A stretch of DNA of 64,000 nt from an uncultured Candidatus Saccharibacteria bacterium. Lineage in GTDB: Bacteria; Patescibacteriota; Minisyncoccia; Phycocordibacterales; UBA12088. The number at the start of each line of letters is the position of its first letter. The stretch's first letter is position 1. The DNA is taken from assembly GCA_964383505.1 (NCBI GenBank), contig CAYLHB010000001.1, positions 1,232 through 65,231 of the forward strand, written 5' to 3'. A program made the position numbers and the translations under genes. The notes under the pieces are model-generated. The model had not been told where the DNA came from. It saw only the letters and a program-made list of their open reading frames with translations, and did not search any database. Below, piece after piece: positions 18,862 through 28,082 of this stretch.

Positions 18862-19218
18862 ATGGCGGACGAAACCTCCGAAGCTTCTGGTGCAACGCCA
18901 CATCACATAGAACCCCGCACCGCACTTCTTATCATTGCGGGTGTGGCGGTAGTCGCATTGGTTGTACTCATCTTCGTACTCAAACAAGACACCGAGATGG
19001 AGATGGAGGTAGCGCCACCAGCCCTCTCTGAAAAAGACCGTCGTGCACAAGAAGTGCGGAGAGAGTTTGCAAAGACGCTCGAGAGTACCCCCACCATGTC
19101 AGATGAAGAGGCGCGTGCCACACGTGAGGTGTTCAATGAAAGCATGCAGGATACAGAATCAAGCACTGACGAGGAGGCAATGGCCGCACGTGCGGAGTTT
19201 AGCCAATCCCCTCAATAG
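18862..19218 (+). CDS. hypothetical single-pass membrane protein
   Basis: TM segment ALLIIAGVAVVALVVLIFVL and an acidic C-terminus with EEAxAxREF repeats. Confidence 0.45.
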   Translation: MADETSEASGATPHHIEPRTALLIIAGVAVVALVVLIFVLKQDTEMEMEVAPPALSEKDRRAQEVRREFAKTLESTPTMSDEEARATREVFNESMQDTESSTDEEAMAARAEFSQSPQ

Positions 19219-19280
19219 TACCTACCATTCTTGAAGTTTGCTTATCCATATTACTACCACACCACTAACCCACCATCGCT

Positions 19281-20030
19281 ATGTCACACCTCACGATGAC
19301 CCGCACCACTCCCATTGCTCTCGCCACCCTCGTGGTGGGCGTCCTTCTTGCCGCAGGCGGTTCGTACCTCTTTGCCGCATGGTCGGGACCCACGCAAACA
19401 CCGCCCAACGGCAATGTGGAAGCTCCCGTAAACGTTGGTCCTGTTGGCCAAGAGAAACTTGGTATGTTTGCAGCACTTGGAGGTGTGTTTCGAAACGGTG
19501 GTTTGTCAATTAACACCTCTCTGTTAAGTGATGGCTCTGCATCTCCAAATGGTGCCGCCCTCAAGTTGGATGTTGAGGGTGCGGTGGGTGCGACGAAGTA
19601 CTGTGATGAGAATGGGGAGAATTGCTTCACCGCACGAGGAGGGGGTGGTGGTTCCAAATGGGTTGCTGTAGATCTTGATGGTAAAGATTTTTGGGATAGA
19701 TCTTGTCAATATAGGGTAGAACTTGACGTGAAGAATTGGGGTCCCATGAAACCTCCCTTTACATACCAATATACTGATTTTGCTGGTACTGATCCTGTGG
19801 TATATGCGCATCTTGTGTCGTCCACCAAGATAGTCCCTTTTGATTCCACCGGAATAATTGGCTATATATCACATAATGACAGAAGAAAATATTTTTGGTC
19901 GGGCAATGGTTTTGCGAGTGCACCTGGTATTTATGATGTAATAAAAGATCCTTACAAACTTAATTTAGGGCAGTATGATGCGTATCATTGGGGACCGATG
20001 CCAGTGACCAAGATTGAAATGCAATGTTAG
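19281..20030 (+). CDS. hypothetical secreted/membrane-anchored protein; the 3' half is markedly AT-richer than the flanks
   Basis: N-terminal hydrophobic anchor, G-rich linker, and an aromatic-rich C-terminal domain. GC drops after ~19680. Confidence 0.5.
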   Translation: MSHLTMTRTTPIALATLVVGVLLAAGGSYLFAAWSGPTQTPPNGNVEAPVNVGPVGQEKLGMFAALGGVFRNGGLSINTSLLSDGSASPNGAALKLDVEGAVGATKYCDENGENCFTARGGGGGSKWVAVDLDGKDFWDRSCQYRVELDVKNWGPMKPPFTYQYTDFAGTDPVVYAHLVSSTKIVPFDSTGIIGYISHNDRRKYFWSGNGFASAPGIYDVIKDPYKLNLGQYDAYHWGPMPVTKIEMQC

Positions 20031-20160
20031 TGATAGTAAACCAGGTTCGTGACTATCTGAGCAGTTTAAAACTGTTAGCATAGTCATGCATGTAAGCACA
20101 GAATCATTATCTAATTTGTTCCCGAATTTCCATGCCCCCCGCACCACAAAACTAGGACAC

Positions 20161-20705
20161 TCACTTATAGATAAATAGTTCTCGATCGGTACGGTACTCG
20201 AGACACTGACGAGGAATGTCGTTCAGGTAGGATTCAATGGAACGAAGTTCACCGTCAGTGACAGTGACTATATTTCTCTTCTTGGGTACAAAGCACCGTA
20301 TCCAACGGTTGGTGTTTTCAACAAGACTTTTCTCCTGTGATGTGTAGGGAGTGGTGAAGTAGAAGGGTACCTTAAGCAAGGCTTCCATCAAAAGCGGTCT
20401 AATGCTGATTTGAGACTGCTTAAATCGGCATGAGCTCCCTTTTTGATACCACAGTGCCACCGTGTCGCAGACTTCCCGAGATACGTTGTGGTGACCACCT
20501 CTCAGAGAGCTTAGCCCCCACGTACCGTGTGAGGTACCTATGGAGCGCCACCTTCAAACACCCGCGCTTGCTACGGTAGCGACACCAGTACGTCTTATGG
20601 TGTGCTTTTACGGGAAGGTATACGCCTCTCACCCTCTTTTCTCGCAGTTCGTACGAAATGGTGTTGGGACTTCGCCTCAACATACGTGCAATAGCTCGAA
20701 CACCA
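20161..20705 (-). pseudogene. IS30-family transposase relic (N-terminal HTH plus C-terminal tail; most of the DDE core is deleted/frameshifted)
   Basis: Two ORFs overlap at 20420-20460. The N-terminal fragment carries the HTH (GVRAIARMLRRSPNTISYELREKR...WSPQRISGSL). The C-terminal fragment is ENTNRWIRCFVPKKRNI...ELRSIESYLNDIPRQCLEYRT. The ~100-aa DDE segment between them is absent, and the 5' end is truncated by the IS5 insertion. Confidence 0.6.
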
Positions 20706-21695
20706 GACCTGTTCCCAAACATCAGTTTTGATACAATTGACCACATGAACCTTACCACACTCTCGCGCAGCCCCCGCGCGATGAAGGCCTTGACCGGCCT
20801 CTCGTATGAGGAATTCATCAACCTCGTATCGTTATTCAAAGCGGCGTACATCACTATGAAGTTGGACAATCCAAAGCGTGTGCGTGCCGTAGGTGGTGGT
20901 AGACCTGGGCGACTCCCCACGTATGAGGCGAAGCTGTTCTTTGTGCTTTCTTATGCAAAGAATTACCCAACTTTTGATGTGCTCGGATTTCTTTTTGAAA
21001 AACCGCGCGGTAGGTCTTGTGCGGACATCCACTTACTCCTCACAGTGCTCGAAAAGGCGCTGGGGCGCGCCATTGTTCTTCCCGAACGGAAACTCACCTC
21101 GGTTGAGGAGTTCTTCGAGAAGTTTCCTGAGGTAAAGGATGTGTTTCTGGACGGTGGTGAACGGCGGATTAAACGACCCGCAACGCCGAAAGGAGAACAC
21201 CGTACCTACTCGGGCAAGAAGAAAGCGCACACACGCAAGAATGCTGTGGTGGTTGATGAAAAGAAGCGTATCCTCGTGGTCACACCCACTAAAGCAGGGA
21301 GAAGATACGACAAGCGTCTTGCCGACAAGTACTCCCTCGTCACCCACATACCGAAAACCGTTGGCATATTTGCAGATTCCGGATTTTAAGGTATTCAGCA
21401 TCTCCATCCTAATACCGTTGTGACCAAACGGAGCCGGAAGAATGCGCCACTCTCAGAGGAAGAACGTGCTGATAACCGGGTAATTGCATCACTACGCACC
21501 GTGGTGGAGCCTGCCATAGGTGGCATGAGGCGGTACCGCATCCTGGTTGACCGTCTTTGTATGAAAATGGGTACCCTTGAAGATTCACTCCCGTCCATCT
21601 GCGCAGGATTGTGGAATTGGCACCTACGACACGTGGGCTAACTTCCATAAAGATCGAGGTTTTGCGTGTCAGATACTTTGTTTGAGAACAGGTCT
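20706..21695 (+). mobile_element. IS5-family insertion sequence (DDE_Tnp_4 type), ~990 bp, with 16-bp terminal inverted repeats
   Basis: Left TIR GACCTGTTCCCAAACA (20706-20721); right TIR TGTTTGAGAACAGGTC (21680-21695), i.e. 15/16 complementary. It encloses the transposase reading frame. Confidence 0.65.
20742..21641 (+). pseudogene. IS5-family (DDE_Tnp_4/HTH_Tnp_4) transposase interrupted by an in-frame TAA at 21387-21389
   Basis: LTGLSYEEF..., YSGKKKAHTRKNAVVVDEKKRIL, ...ADSGF-[TAA]-GIQHLHPN...LSEEERADNRVIASLRTVVEPAIGGMRRYRIL. The stop sits where family members have DSGYQG (CAA to TAA). Confidence 0.65.
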
Positions 21696-21926
21696 ATTGT
21701 ACTCTTGGATTGTTAATGTGCTGATCATCACCCGCTCCTCATAGGAGAGGTGAGAATATGTTGCGCCTGTTTTTATACACTCCAGTGTAATGGGAGTGTT
21801 CTAGTGCAAGGGTACTTGAAGGTCCGTACTATATCAAAATCAGGTCCCGAAAATTTTCTTTAACCCAGAAAAGAGAATAGATCGCTAAAAAGGTTTGGAT
21901 GCCAACATGAAAAATAGTAAAGAGAC

Positions 21927-23198
21927 TCACTTTTTCCCAAGGTGCGCACGTAATTCCTCTCTCGCGACCTCAGCGTCGCTCCACGGCGTTTTTGTCCCAC
22001 GCGGGCCCATAATGTAGGGGTCGGTGCCCTTGCCGGTGATGAGCACCGCATCACCGGCTTTTGCCCGGGCAAATGCCTCACGTATCGCGGCGCGCCTGTT
22101 CATGATGATGGTGGGCGTCTTCTCTTTCATACCAGCCACCATTTCTTCCACAATCACACGCGGGTCCTCGTCGTAGGGGTCCTCGTCGGTAAGAATGATC
22201 TCTCGGCAGTACTGTTCCGCCACTTTTGCCATTTCAGGGCGCTTCCATCGGTCTCGCCCGCCCCCGCAGTTACCCAGCACACAAATTTTCTCGTGGTTGG
22301 GGAACGCGCGGTAGAGCTTTTCAAGTGAGTCTTTTGTATGCGCGTAATCAACCACGACGACGAAGGGTTGTCCCTCTTCTATTTTCTCCACACGCCCTGC
22401 AATATGACCAAATCGCTCAAGTGCCCGTTTGATCGTGTTTGTTGGGATGCCGATGGCGCGCGTGAATGTGACCGCGGCGAGTATGTTGTAGAGGTTAAAG
22501 GTGCCCACGAGTGGGGAGTGGATAGACACGCCCTCGTACGTGAAGAGAATACCTCGGTCGTTCTCACTGTGGGGTTCGGCTTGCTTCAGTGAGTAGGGGT
22601 GCTGTGCCACTTCGGCGGGAACGGTGAGAAAGAGTGCCCCGTGCTCATCATCGCGGTTGGCGACGACCACCCTCCGCTCCTTGTTCGAGTTGATGAGTGC
22701 GTCGCGCAGGCGTAGCTTACAATCGCGGTACGCCTCAAACGATCCGTGGCTCTCAATGTGTTCGGGTGAGAGGTTGGTGAATACGAGCGCATTGAGCGCA
22801 ATGTGCTTGTGGCGCCAGAGTCGCGCCCCCTCGCTCGTCATTTCAATCACCGCAAAGCCGCAGTCTTCATCAACCGCACGCCGTAAAAACTTCTGCATAA
22901 ACGAGCGGCCGGGCATGCTCATTTTGTAGAGGTTTGGCTCGCTCTCGTCGGCCACCTTGAAGCGTATGGTGTTGGAGAGTGCGGTGGTGTGACCCGCTTC
23001 CTCAAGAATCGTCGAAATGAGCTCAGTCGTCGTGCTCTTGCCTTTGGTGCCGGTCACTCCCACCACATAGAGCTTTCGGGAGGGAAAGCCGTAGCGAAAC
23101 GCCGCGAGTGACGAGAGGAGCGAGTGGTAGTGTGGTTGAAGTGCGCGAAAGAGGGAAGGGGGAATGAGGGCGCGCAGAGTAGAGAGAAGTCGGCTCAT
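21927..23198 (-). CDS. Mur ligase family protein (MurE/MurT-like short form)
   Basis: P-loop VVGVTGTKGKSTTTE, VDYAHTKDSLEKL, and GGGRDRWKRPEMAKVAEQ (cf. MurE GDRDxGKRPLM). It lacks the long N-terminal UDP-binding domain. Confidence 0.7.
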   Translation of the reverse strand: MSRLLSTLRALIPPSLFRALQPHYHSLLSSLAAFRYGFPSRKLYVVGVTGTKGKSTTTELISTILEEAGHTTALSNTIRFKVADESEPNLYKMSMPGRSFMQKFLRRAVDEDCGFAVIEMTSEGARLWRHKHIALNALVFTNLSPEHIESHGSFEAYRDCKLRLRDALINSNKERRVVVANRDDEHGALFLTVPAEVAQHPYSLKQAEPHSENDRGILFTYEGVSIHSPLVGTFNLYNILAAVTFTRAIGIPTNTIKRALERFGHIAGRVEKIEEGQPFVVVVDYAHTKDSLEKLYRAFPNHEKICVLGNCGGGRDRWKRPEMAKVAEQYCREIILTDEDPYDEDPRVIVEEMVAGMKEKTPTIIMNRRAAIREAFARAKAGDAVLITGKGTDPYIMGPRGTKTPWSDAEVAREELRAHLGKK

Positions 23199-23214
23199 GG
23201 TGGTTTAGTGGTGG

Positions 23215-23790
23215 CTACTGGCGCGAGAGGAGTTTGAGTGCCTCGCGTATGCGCGCGCTTTGGTCGGAGAGCGTTTCAGGCAGGAGACGGAGCGCCTCTC
23301 GTGCCTCTTCGTGGCGGTACCCGAGCGCCTTGAGTGCTTCGAGCGAGTCTTCCTCATCACGGCGAAGTACGTGCGCTCCCACATCCTCAAGCTCACCGAG
23401 CTTGTCGCGCAGTTCCAGGCACACCTTCTCTGCTGTTTTTCTACCTATCCCCGAAACCTTTGTGAGGTAGCCAACGTCGCTCGATGCGATAGCGCTCTTG
23501 AGCTTGTTGAGCTTGTCGAGCGACATGATACCCACCGCACCACGAGGCCCCACGCCCGAGACGGAAATCAGGAGCTTGAAAAGCTCAAGCTCGCCATACT
23601 CCAAAAAGCCGTAGAGATCAAGCGCGTCCTCACGTACCACGAGGTGGGTCCAGAGGTCGAGCGGGTACCCTGCTTTCGTCGAGGCGATAAGCGAGGGGGT
23701 GACGTAGACTTTGTACCCCACACCCGCAACCCCAAGGATAAGCCACGAGGGCTTCACTGCTGTCACCGTACCGGAGAGTTGGGCTATCAT
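23215..23790 (-). CDS. ruvA: Holliday junction branch migration complex subunit RuvA
   Basis: MIAQLSGTV...GVGYKVYV (OB domain), HhH motifs LISVSGVGPRGA and LTKVSGIGRKTAEKV, plus the C-terminal domain III. Confidence 0.9.
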   Translation of the reverse strand: MIAQLSGTVTAVKPSWLILGVAGVGYKVYVTPSLIASTKAGYPLDLWTHLVVREDALDLYGFLEYGELELFKLLISVSGVGPRGAVGIMSLDKLNKLKSAIASSDVGYLTKVSGIGRKTAEKVCLELRDKLGELEDVGAHVLRRDEEDSLEALKALGYRHEEAREALRLLPETLSDQSARIREALKLLSRQ

Positions 23791-23985
23791 ACACTGGGCG
23801 GAGACCCCGCACTTCCACTATAGCCGAAGTGGGGGAGGAGCGCACGGAGACTCTTTTAAGTATCGGTTGTGCTTGTGGTACACAGGCAACCTGTCATGTA
23901 CGTTTTTAGCGCGCGAAACGCGCAACGATAATCGCAAAGTAGTGCTCGAATCTAAATGAGCGATCTGGTGAAGGTATGTTAGTAT

Positions 23986-25113
23986 ATGGCAACTTGTATG
24001 GAATCGTACGCACGCAGTTCCCGCTACGGCGCGCTCCCAAGCCAAACCCTCCGCGAGCTCGTGACGGCCGGGTTTATAGAACACGCAGACGTAGACAACA
24101 TCGCCCCCTCTTCGCTCGACCTCACGCTCTCCGGAGAGGTGTACTGCACGGAGGGGATGTTTCAGCTCAATCCAGGTGAGTCGGTGCGGGATTTGCTCAC
24201 GCACATCCACGCGACCCCGTGGTCTTTTGAGAAGCCACTCGTGCGCGGAGGAATGTACCTTGCTCGGCTCAATGAAACACTGCGTTTGCCGTCGAGTGTG
24301 TATGGGTACTGCAACCCGAAAAGCTCGACCGGTCGCATTGATGTCCACGTGCGCGTGCTTGCCGATGGGGTGCCGCGGTACGATTCCGTAACACCGGCGG
24401 GGTGGAATGGTGAGCTCTGGATCGCCATTCATCCGAAGTCGTTCCCGATTCTTCTTCGGGAAGGTCACTCACTCTCGCAGCTGCGCCTCTTCACGGCAGA
24501 TACGCGGTTTTCAGAGCTTGAGTTTGAAATCGCACTCTCCCACCATAAGCTTCTATGGCAACGAGGTGGCGATGCGGTGCGGTATGACGAGCTTCGTGTA
24601 TCAGACCATGACGGTGCGCCCATGCTCTCGCTCGACCTTAAAAGCCCGCTGGTCGGGTGGGTGAGTAAACACACTGACCAGGTGCTCGACGTGAGTACGC
24701 GCGGAAGCTATGCACCCGAAGATTTTTTTGAACAGGTGGCACCCGAGAACGGGCACCTCACGCTGGAGCGCGGGAAGTTCTACATTCTCTCGACCGATGA
24801 GGCGGTGCGTGTGCCCCCCGAGCTCGCGTGCGAAATGGCTTCGATGGACGAGCGTTCGGGTGACTTCAGGAGTCACTACGCCGGCTTCATCGACCCGGGT
24901 TGGGGGTGGGGCAAGGAGGGGGAGGAGAAGGGACGACCGCTCACCCTTGAGGTGCGCCCGTTTGAAGACTTAGTGGTGCGGCACGGCCAGCCGATTGCGA
25001 AGATAAAGTTTGAGCGTATGACGCACGTGCCCGATGTGCTCTATGATACACGCGGAAGCAACTACACGACCCAAACGGGACCGAGGCTTGCGAAGCAGTT
25101 TCGTACGGAATGA
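23986..25113 (+). CDS. dcd: dCTP deaminase-like protein, long form (DCD family, ~375 aa, dUTPase-fold)
   Basis: dUTPase/dCTP-deaminase-fold motifs SLDLTLSGEVY, GYCNPKSSTGRIDVHV and GFIDPGWGWG. Length and architecture fit the long DCD family rather than the 190-aa Dcd. Confidence 0.6.
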   Translation: MATCMESYARSSRYGALPSQTLRELVTAGFIEHADVDNIAPSSLDLTLSGEVYCTEGMFQLNPGESVRDLLTHIHATPWSFEKPLVRGGMYLARLNETLRLPSSVYGYCNPKSSTGRIDVHVRVLADGVPRYDSVTPAGWNGELWIAIHPKSFPILLREGHSLSQLRLFTADTRFSELEFEIALSHHKLLWQRGGDAVRYDELRVSDHDGAPMLSLDLKSPLVGWVSKHTDQVLDVSTRGSYAPEDFFEQVAPENGHLTLERGKFYILSTDEAVRVPPELACEMASMDERSGDFRSHYAGFIDPGWGWGKEGEEKGRPLTLEVRPFEDLVVRHGQPIAKIKFERMTHVPDVLYDTRGSNYTTQTGPRLAKQFRTE

Positions 25114-25156
25114 TAGTGCGCTAGGGTGGTGCGAGCGGAAAACGGAGGAGATCCAA

Positions 25157-25270
25157 TGGGTGTATCGGAAAAGCTATTCTGGGCGTTTGCGCTGTGGCCG
25201 CTCATTGCACTTATGGGTGCGATTGTGTGGTTATTTGTGAAGACACGGAATACTAAAGACCGCGACTGAC
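25157..25270 (+). CDS. small hydrophobic protein (37 aa), candidate
   Basis: GGAGG 7 nt upstream of the ATG. Encodes MGVSEKLFWAFALWPLIALMGAIVWLFVKTRNTKDRD (one TM helix). A hairpin terminator follows (AGACCGCGAC-TGAC-GTCGGGGTCTTTT). Confidence 0.3.
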
Positions 25271-25294
25271 GTCGGGGTCTTTTAAAATACTATG

Positions 25295-25624
25295 CTAGTG
25301 CAGTGTCCGATATGCCTTCAGTGCTTGTTGTGCGAGATGTGTCGGGTCGTCCTTCGCTTTAATAGTGCGTTCAGTATCGGTCCACCATGTATCAAACCAT
25401 TCACGCGTGCCGTCGGTAAAAAGTGCGATGAAATCAAGTTCAAACTTAGGATCTTCGCTACTTACCTGGTCGGGTGTGTATTCGGGATGATTGAGGGAAA
25501 CGACCAGTTTAAAAAAACATGCTTGTGTTTGATTACGCAATCCTACAAGTTCCTGTTGAACAAGTTGTTCGTTCTGTTGCAGTGCCAATTGTGCCTCTGA
25601 AACGTGCTCAAGAAATCCAGCCAT
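25295..25624 (-). CDS. hypothetical protein (109 aa), co-transcribed downstream of thyX
   Basis: ORF starts 13 bp after the thyX stop on the same strand. No recognisable motif. Confidence 0.35.
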   Translation of the reverse strand: MAGFLEHVSEAQLALQQNEQLVQQELVGLRNQTQACFFKLVVSLNHPEYTPDQVSSEDPKFELDFIALFTDGTREWFDTWWTDTERTIKAKDDPTHLAQQALKAYRTLH

Positions 25625-25636
25625 AATTAGGTAGTG

Positions 25637-26995
25637 CTATTTTTTCACAATATCCTGCTCGCCACGACCGACATCGAATCGGTCGGAGTCACTCTCCAAG
25701 TGTACCACAAGGCCTTGCTCACGGAATCGCTCGGTGAGCATATGCGCCATTTGCTGCGCGCGTTCGCGCAGGGTGGGGTGGACAAAGCGGGTGGAGCGAA
25801 GCTCCGCGAGATAGACGAGGGCGGGGAGTGTGCCCACGAGGCGATTTGAGGTAAGAAAGCCCATGGCGGTGTAGTACTGGGCGAGTTCAGGAGACATGTT
25901 CTGCTGAGAGATTGCCTCGGTTTGACTACGGATGAGCATCTCCGCCTCACTGCGGAGCGTGTCGGGTAGTTCCGCGAGGTACCACGGATGGAAGCCGAGC
26001 GAGGTGGTGAGAAGTGGCATGCGCTGGCGGACCGCGCGGTGTCGTTGTATGTCGCGGAACGAACCGAAGTCGAGTAAGAACTTGAAGCCGACCATGCCGC
26101 ACTCGCCCATACGGAGCGGGAGCTCGGTTTTGTTGTTGGGACGGGTGCGTAGTGCGTCCTCGTACTCACCAAGAAGCGTGCGATCGATGCCGTCGAAGAA
26201 GAGCTCAAACGTAGGCGAGGCGGAGTCGTGGTAGTAGTACTCGCGCATGCGCGCCGCGTGGTAGGCCTCCGATGCCTCAAAGCGCGTGTTACTGAATGAG
26301 CTTGGGAATGCTTGGAGGAGGGCCTGTTCAGTTGTTTCCGCAATAGCGCGTACCTCTTCGAGAGGGTGGTGGCGCAGGTGGAGGAGTGCGTCAGCGAACT
26401 GTCGGAGGTTCATGGTCCACGCGAGGTTGGTGGTGGCGCCCGCGGGGAGGAAAGAGCGCATGATATCAAATGCGCGGGCGTTGATGGCCTTCTCGTACAA
26501 CGATTCTTTTTCACCTTCAGCGCGCGGGAAGCGTGCCTTGATCACCTCCGGGAGCTCGTGCACGCCCTTGAGGTAGAACGAGCGCCACGCTTCTTGGATG
26601 GCGGTCCCCGCTTCACTTTCGAGCGGATTGAGGAACGGTTGGTCTGCAAAATTCACATACCGCGTGGAGCTCTCCTGTCCAGAGTAGAGCGGCCAGTCTT
26701 GTATCGCTTTGGCAGCGAGCATGGAAACTCCCTCCACGAATACCGTCGCGCTCGCGCAGTCGCCGATCGATTTGTGCCCATAGCCGACGTAGTACGTCGC
26801 CATGAATTTTTCCGCCCCCTTTTCTTTCAGCACCTCAAGGTGGCTCGCGATGCCGCCCGTGGAGCGGCTGTGGAGCGCTTGAAGCATCGCCTGTGCTTCC
26901 GGTGTGATGCGCGCGCCCGTGTTGAGGACGAGAACCCTGCCGCCATTTGGGAGTGGGACTTCAGTGTGGGTGAGAGAGGAAATGTCGCTCGCCAT
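25637..26995 (-). CDS. thyX: FAD-dependent thymidylate synthase ThyX family, tandem-domain form (~450-480 aa; start ambiguous, alternative starts up to 27085)
   Basis: Second repeat carries the ThyX signature FRDIQRHRAVRQ and SNRLVGTLPALVYLAELR. First repeat has TNLAWTMNLRQFADALLHLR (cf. TrFFWTvNaRsLmnFlnLR) and GHKS...SGQESSTRYV, but the RHR is replaced. Confidence 0.65.
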   Translation of the reverse strand: MASDISSLTHTEVPLPNGGRVLVLNTGARITPEAQAMLQALHSRSTGGIASHLEVLKEKGAEKFMATYYVGYGHKSIGDCASATVFVEGVSMLAAKAIQDWPLYSGQESSTRYVNFADQPFLNPLESEAGTAIQEAWRSFYLKGVHELPEVIKARFPRAEGEKESLYEKAINARAFDIMRSFLPAGATTNLAWTMNLRQFADALLHLRHHPLEEVRAIAETTEQALLQAFPSSFSNTRFEASEAYHAARMREYYYHDSASPTFELFFDGIDRTLLGEYEDALRTRPNNKTELPLRMGECGMVGFKFLLDFGSFRDIQRHRAVRQRMPLLTTSLGFHPWYLAELPDTLRSEAEMLIRSQTEAISQQNMSPELAQYYTAMGFLTSNRLVGTLPALVYLAELRSTRFVHPTLRERAQQMAHMLTERFREQGLVVHLESDSDRFDVGRGEQDIVKK

Positions 26996-27020
26996 GTGTG
27001 GAAATGGTACCATGGGTGTC

Positions 27021-27647
27021 ATGCAGGCGCACGGAAGGCTCATAGCGATTGAAGGGGGGGATGGCGCTGGAAAAGACGCGAACATCGACTACCTGCGCGA
27101 GGTATTTGCCGGGCGGGACGATGTGGTATTCACACGCGAGCCGGGCGGTACCGCGATAGGGGAGCGGGTGCGTGCGATTCTCACCGACCCCACACATGCG
27201 GGGATGGCGGTCGAGACGGAGCTCCTGCTTTTCCTGGCGTGTCGGGCTCAGCTCATTGAAGATGTGATACGGCCAGCACTTAGGGAAGGGAAGACGGTTA
27301 TCTCAAACCGATTCGCGCTCTCTACCATCGCATACCAGATCTTTAGGAAGGAGCGCATGGAGTACCTGTCGTTCCTTGAGTCGGTGAGCGCCACACTCCT
27401 CAAAGAGGTGGTCCCGTTCTACGTGCTTCTCGATGTGCCGCCCGAGGTGGGGCACGAGCGGGTGCGGAGTCGCGGGACCACACTATCGCGTTTTGACGCG
27501 GAATCACTTGTCATACATACGCGGGTGCGCGACGGGTACGTGAGCGCCGTGAAGGGGTTTCCGCACGCCGTTGTTGACGCCACGAAACCGCTCGATGAGG
27601 TACGGCGCGAAGTGGAACGTATCGTGCGAGCGCACATGATGTCATGA
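27021..27647 (+). CDS. tmk: thymidylate kinase
   Basis: P-loop IAIEGGDGAGKD, FTREPGGT and LID region. Its stop overlaps the dut start (ATGA). Confidence 0.85.
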   Translation: MQAHGRLIAIEGGDGAGKDANIDYLREVFAGRDDVVFTREPGGTAIGERVRAILTDPTHAGMAVETELLLFLACRAQLIEDVIRPALREGKTVISNRFALSTIAYQIFRKERMEYLSFLESVSATLLKEVVPFYVLLDVPPEVGHERVRSRGTTLSRFDAESLVIHTRVRDGYVSAVKGFPHAVVDATKPLDEVRREVERIVRAHMMS

Positions 27648-28069
27648 GTACGTGCAAAGTGGTCTTACTTGATGAAAGGGCGAAGCCCCCATGCTACGCA
27701 CACCCGGGTGATGCGGGGGCCGATCTCTTTACGCTCGAGACTGTGGAGCTTGTGCCGGGCACGCACGCACAAGTTCACACCGGCATTGCGCTTGAGATTC
27801 CTGATGGCTATGTAGGGCTCATTTGGGACAAGAGTGGTCTCTCACAGAAGTATGGATTAAAGACACTCGGTGGTGTGATAGACAGCGGCTACCGTGGCGA
27901 GGTTTTGGTGGGGCTGGTGAATCTGGGGAATGAGCCACACACAATTACCGCGGGGCAAAAAGTAGCACAAATTCTTATCCAAAAAGTTGAACGTGCGGAG
28001 TTTGTTGAGAGCGACGAGCTCCCGACCTCCGCTCGTGGCACAGGTGGTTTTGGAAGTACGGGCGCGTAA
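27644..28069 (+). CDS. dut: dUTP diphosphatase
   Basis: 141 aa with dUTPase motifs AGADL, GLIWDKSG, GVIDSGYRGEV, and a C-terminal RGTGGFGSTG. Confidence 0.9.
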   Translation: MSTCKVVLLDERAKPPCYAHPGDAGADLFTLETVELVPGTHAQVHTGIALEIPDGYVGLIWDKSGLSQKYGLKTLGGVIDSGYRGEVLVGLVNLGNEPHTITAGQKVAQILIQKVERAEFVESDELPTSARGTGGFGSTGA

Positions 28070-28082
28070 ACAAGTAGGCCCG

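Noticed and set aside
21387-21389. in-frame TAA in the IS5 transposase as programmed stop-codon readthrough/recoding
   Set aside because: No other gene in the window shows in-frame stops (standard code). A single CAA-to-TAA nonsense mutation in a decaying IS is the simpler explanation. Recoding is left only as a remote possibility in the finding.
27051-27060. G7/G8 run at the tmk start (IEGGDGAG codons) as a phase-variation site
   Set aside because: It lies inside the conserved Tmk P-loop coding sequence. Slippage would destroy an essential enzyme, so it is a codon-composition effect.
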